From assembly GCA_965219575.1 (NCBI GenBank), contig OZ244779.1, positions 1,196,769 to 1,260,768 on the forward strand: 64,000 nucleotides of DNA. The letters are read 5' to 3'. Under the pieces are notes generated by a model. That model did not search any database and was not told the origin of the DNA. It was given only the letters and a program-made list of their open reading frames with translations. Position numbers and translations under genes: made by a program. Position 1 is the first letter of the stretch. Every line of letters begins with the position of its first letter. Shown here one piece after another: positions 15,001-21,000 of the stretch. This stretch comes from Candidatus Oxydemutatoraceae bacterium. Its GTDB lineage: Bacteria; Pseudomonadota; Gammaproteobacteria; Poriferisulfidales; Oxydemutatoraceae.

Positions 15001-18000
15001 GTGATACGGGTGACCCGTGCTTTGAATCCCGACGACGATTTGAGAGGTCTTGGGTTAATATCCGAAGGTGTGAGATTAGACCGATCTTTCAATAGAAACA
15101 CTTTGCGATACGGGGTGACGGGAAATATCGGCGAGAGACTTACGGTGACGGTGACCTCCGGCCCGGGTCAGCGAATTATCGTAGACGACGACGAGACACC
15201 TGTGATTGACGCCCGTTCGGAGTCGGTAAACTCTGCTTTCTCTAGATCCTTGGAGTACGGAGAGAATACGATTGAGATTTTAGTGATTGCTCAGAACCGT
15301 ATGACGAGTCAAACCTATATCTTGACTGCATTTCGTCCGGTGGTTTTGGAGGATTTACTTTTGGAAGGACTCAGTCGGCGTGCTATAGAGCCTTATCGCT
15401 TCGATCCTTTCGAGAGAAACTATGCGGTGACGGTTGATAGGACGACGGCATCCCTCGTAATTACTCCGGTGATACCCTTGGTCAGCGGTATTGAATATAC
15501 GATTTCTCAAGGGGGCGAGAGAATAACACAAGATGAAGCGGCGTCTATCGCGCTGATGACGGCAGAGACCAAAGTTATCACCGTAGCACTGGAAGCACCG
15601 AACGGAACGATGAATAGCTATAGGGTGCGTGCAACTCGGGAACGGAGTAACAACGCCAACTTGGGTAATCTGCAGGTATCGTTTGAAACTACACTGTTCC
15701 AATTCGACAACCTAGCGACAAGTGCGAACTATGTCTATACGGTTCCTAATCGTATAGCCGATATTAGATTGTCGGCGGGAGTAGCGCAAACCAGCGCAAC
15801 GATTATAGACTTTAGGATAAATAATAATCCGGCAGGCGGCGTGTCGTCGGATGAAACCGAGATAGATGAGACTATTCCCTTAAACGAGGGTGAGACTAAA
15901 GAAATCACGATTAAAGTACTCGCTCAAGACCTAGAGACGAGCAAAACCTATACGATCGGTGTGACCCGTAGGCTCAGTAGCAATACCGACTTGAGTAGCG
16001 CACCGATAATCATCATCGGCGAGACTACGGCAAGCGCAGTTTTGGTAAGCGATACCGAATATACTGCGGTGATTGATAGAAATGTAACCTCGTTCTCGGT
16101 ATCGGCGACGGCAGCACATTCCAGTGCGACGGTAACGATTAGTATTAACGATGGCTTGGATGCAGTCGGTGGTCGGACTGTAACGAAGACCGGTATCCCG
16201 ATTAGGGTTCCGACGAGTCCTGCCGACATTGCGGCAGCACGGCAAGAGATTACTATAGTCGTGCGGGCACCGGATAGAACCACCATCCAAGAATATACTT
16301 TGACGGTACGCCTTGCCGATAGCACCGATGTAAGCCTGGCTTCGCTGAGCGTGAGAGACGAACAGCGACGGCCGGGTAGCGACGGGACTTACGCTGTGTC
16401 TTTTACCGAGGCTGTGGCGGATTTCAATGTGGTCGCAATGGCGACCGATCTATTTGCAACGGTGACGATTACCGATATTACCGATACCGAAAACGACATG
16501 TTGCTCTTTGCAGGAGGTCAAAGAGTAGAAGGTGAGATTACTTTAGAGACCGGAGAGGATAAGACTTTGAGCATTAAAGTGACCGCACAAGATGGCATAA
16601 CGAGTCAAACTTATATCTTGACAGTGGACCGAGCTCGGAGTTCGGATGCGAGCTTGGCTTCGCTGGGTGTGTCCAATACCACTCCGAGTAACATAGTGTT
16701 GCAAGATAACCTATTTAGATATACTGCAACCTTAGCCGAGGATGTAGCAAATACGACCGTGACCGCAGTTGCCGGCAATCGATTTGCAATGGTGACGATT
16801 ACCGATATTACCGATACCGAAAACGACATGTCATTCACCCCAGGAGTTGAAAGAGCAATAAGGAGAGCCACCCTAGACCGGACCGGAGATATGAGAACCT
16901 TGCAAATCAGAGTGACCGCACAAAACGGTGTAGCGATGAGCCGTATCTATACCTTGACGGTGATACGCGCCAAGAGTTCGGATGCGAGCTTGAGGTCGCT
17001 TACCGTCGATCGTGCCGACCCGGAAGAGTTGGTATCGGAAGCCGACCGAGACCGAGACGAATATACCGCGACCGTAGGTGATGATGTGGCAAATACGACT
17101 GTGACCGTCGTTGCAACCGATCCATTTGCAACGGTGACGATTACCGATATTACCGATACCGAAAACGGCATGGAGCTTGCTCGAGGAGTTCAAACTACAA
17201 CGACTAGGATTACTTTAGAGGAGACCGGAGATCGTAAAACCTTAAGCATTGAAGTAATCGCACAAAACGGCACGACGAGCACTTATACCTTGACGGTGGT
17301 GCGCGAGCAGAGCCGCGATACGAGTTTAGCTTCGCTTACCGTCGATGATGGTACCGACCGGGAAGAGTTGGTGTCGGAAACCGACCGAGACCCAGACGAA
17401 TATACTGCGACCGTAGGTGTGGATGTGGCAAACACGACCGTGACCGCCGTTGCAAACAATACATCTGCAACAGTGACGATTACCGAAAACGGCAGGGTTG
17501 TCGCCGGAGGAGATGATCGCAGGGCAGAAAGAGGTATTACTTTAGCTCGGAGAGGAGACACTAAAACCTTGCAGATCAAGGTGACCGCACAAAACGGCAT
17601 GACGAGTCGGACTTATACTTTGATAGTAGCCCGAGGGGTGAGTCTGGATACGAGTTTAGCCTCGCTTATCGTCGATGATGGTACCGACCGGGAAGAGTTG
17701 GTATCGTTAGTATCGGAAGCCGACCCGGACGGATATACCTTAACCGTAGCCGAGAATGTGGTAAATACGACCATGACCGTCGTTGCCAACGATGAATTTG
17801 CAACGGTGACGATTACCGATATTACCGATATCGAAAACGACATGCTGCTCGCTGAAGGAGGGCAAAGTACGGTAACTAGGATTACTTTAGAAGAGACCGG
17901 AGATCGTAAAACCCTACAGATTAAAGTGATTGCTGAAAGTCGTACGACGAGTCGGACTTATGCCTTGACGGTGGTGCGTGCCGATAGCTCGGATGCGAGC

Positions 18001-21000
18001 TTGGCTTCGCTTAGCGTGTCCAATATCAGCCCGAATATAGTGTTGCGAGATGACCTATTTACATATACTGCAACCTTAGCCGAGGATGTAGCAAATACGA
18101 CCATGACCGCGGTTGCCGGCAATCGATTTGCAACGGTGACGATTACCGAGATTACCGAGAACAACATGCCGTTCGCCGCAGGAGTTGAAAGAGCAATAGG
18201 GAGAGCCACCCTAGACCGGACCGGAGACACTAGAACCTTCCAAATTAGAGTGACCGCACAAAACCGTGTAGCGATGAGCCGGATCTATACTTTGGAAGTG
18301 ACTCGAGCTAAAAGTAGCGATGCGAGCTTGAGGTCGCTTACCGTCGATCGTGCCGACCCCGAAGAGTTGGTATCGGAAGCCGACCGAGACCGAGACGAAT
18401 ATACCGCGACCGTAGGTGATGATGTGGCAAATACGACTGTGACCGTCGTCGCTAACGATGAATTTGCAACGGTGAGGATTACCGATACCACCGATACCGA
18501 AAACGGCACGCTGCTCGCTGAAGGCGGTCAAAGTACGGCAACTGGGATTACTTTAGAGGAGAGCGGAGACAGTAGAACCTTAAGTATCAAAGTGATTGCC
18601 CAAAATGGCACGACGAGTCAAACTTATACCTTGACGGTGATGCGTGCCGAGAGTTCGGATGTGAGCTTGGCTTCGCTACGCGTGGATCGTGTCGACCCAC
18701 GCGATATAGAGTTGGATGACGATGAAAATGTATATACCGCAACCTTACCCGAAAATGTGTCGAATACGACCGTGACCGTCGTCGCTAACGATGAATCTGC
18801 AACGGTGGAAATCACCTTAGACGAAGATACCGTTTCTAACGGAAATAGTGCAAGCAGACCGGTTGTTATTGACGAGACCGGAGACAGTAGAACCTTAAGT
18901 ATCAAAGTGATTGCTCAAAATGGCACGACGAGTCGGACTTATACCTTGACGGTGATGCGTGCCGGGAGTTCGGATGTGAGCTTGGCTTCGCTGCGCGTGC
19001 AGAACACCATTTCAAGTGATTTAGAAGTGGTAGACAATAAAACCTTATATACCGCAACCCTGCCCGAAAATGTGTCGAATACGACCGTGACCGTCGTCGC
19101 TAACGATGAATCTGCAACGGTGGAAATCACCTTAGACGAAGATATTGTTTCTAACGGAAATAGTGCAAGCAGACCTGTTGTTATTGACGAGACCGGAGAC
19201 AGTAGAACCTTAAGCATTAAAGTGATTGCCCAAAATGGCACGACGAGTCGGACTTATACCTTGACGGTGATGCGCGCCGAGAGTTCGGATGTGAGCTTGG
19301 CTTCACTGAGCGTGGAGAACACCATTTCAAGTGATTTAGAAGTGGTAGACAATAAAACCTTATATACCGCAACCCTGCCTGAAACTGTGGCAAATACGAC
19401 CGTGACCGTCGTCGCTAACGATGAATCTGCAACGGTGGAAATCACCTTAGACGAAGATATTGTTTCTAACGAAAATAGTGCAAGCAGACCTGTTGTTATT
19501 GACGAGACCGGAGACAGTAGAACCTTAAGTATCAAAGTGATTGCTCAAAATGGCACGACGAGTCGGACTTATACTTTGATAGTAGCCCGAGGGGTAAGTT
19601 TGGATGTGAGTTTGGGTTCGCTACGCGTGAATCGTGCCGACCCGGACGATATAGAGTTGGATGACAATGAAAATGTATATACCGCAACCTTACCTGAAAA
19701 TGTTTCAAATACGACCGTGACCGTCGTCGCTAACGATGAATCTGCAACGGTGGAAATCACCTTAGACGAAGATACCGTTTCTAACGGAAATAGTGCAAGC
19801 AGACCTGTTGTTATTGACGAGACCGGAGACAGTAGAACCTTAAGCATTAAAGTGATTGCCCAAAATGGCACGACGAGTCGGACTTATACCTTGACGGTGA
19901 TGCGCGCCGAGAGTTCGGATGTGAGCTTGGCTTCACTGAGCGTGGAGAACACCATTTCAAGTGATTTAGAAGTGGTAGACAATAAAACCTTATATACCGC
20001 AACCCTGCCTGAAACTGTGGCAAATACGACCGTGACCGTCGTCGCTAACGATGAATTTGCAACGGTGGAAATCACCTTAGACGAAGATATTGTTTCTAAC
20101 GAAAATAGTGCAAGCAGACCTGTTGTTATTGACGAGACCGGAGACAGTAGAACCTTAAGTATCAAAGTGATTGCTCAAAATGGCACGACGAGTCGGACTT
20201 ATACTTTGATAGTAGCCCGAGGGGTAAGTTTGGATGTGAGTTTGGGTTCGCTACGCGTGAATCGTGCCGACCCGGACGATATAGAGTTGGATGACAATGA
20301 AAATGTATATACCGCAACCTTACCTGAAAATGTTTCAAATACGACGGTGACCGTCGTCGCTAACGATGAATCTGCAACGGTGGAAATCACCTTAGACGAA
20401 GATATTGTTTCTAACGAAAATAGTGCAAGCAGACCTGTTGTTATTGACGAGACCGGAGACAGTAGAACCTTAAGCATTAAAGTGATTGCCCAAAATGGCA
20501 CGACGAGTCGGACTTATACCTTGACGGTGATGCGCGCCGAGAGTTCGGATGTGAGCTTGGCTTCGCTGAGCGTGCAGAACACCATTTCAAGTGATTTAGA
20601 AGTGGTAGACAATAAAACCTTATATACCGCAACCCTGCCTGAGGCTGTGGCAAATACGACCGTGACCGTCGTCGCTAACGATGAATTTGCAACGGTGGAA
20701 ATCACCTTAGACGAAGATATTGTTTCTAACGAAAATAGTGCAAGCAGACCTGTTGTTATTGACGAGACCGGAGACAGTAGAACCTTAAGTATCAAAGTGA
20801 TTGCTCAAAATGGCACGACGAGTCGGACTTATACTTTGATAGTAGCCCGAGGGGTAAGTTTGGATGTGAGTTTGGGTTCGCTACGCGTGGATCGTGCCGA
20901 CCCGGACGATATAGAGTTGGATGACAATGAAAATGTATATACCGCAACCTTACCTGAAAATGTTTCAAATACGACCGTGACCGTCGTCGCTAACGATGAA

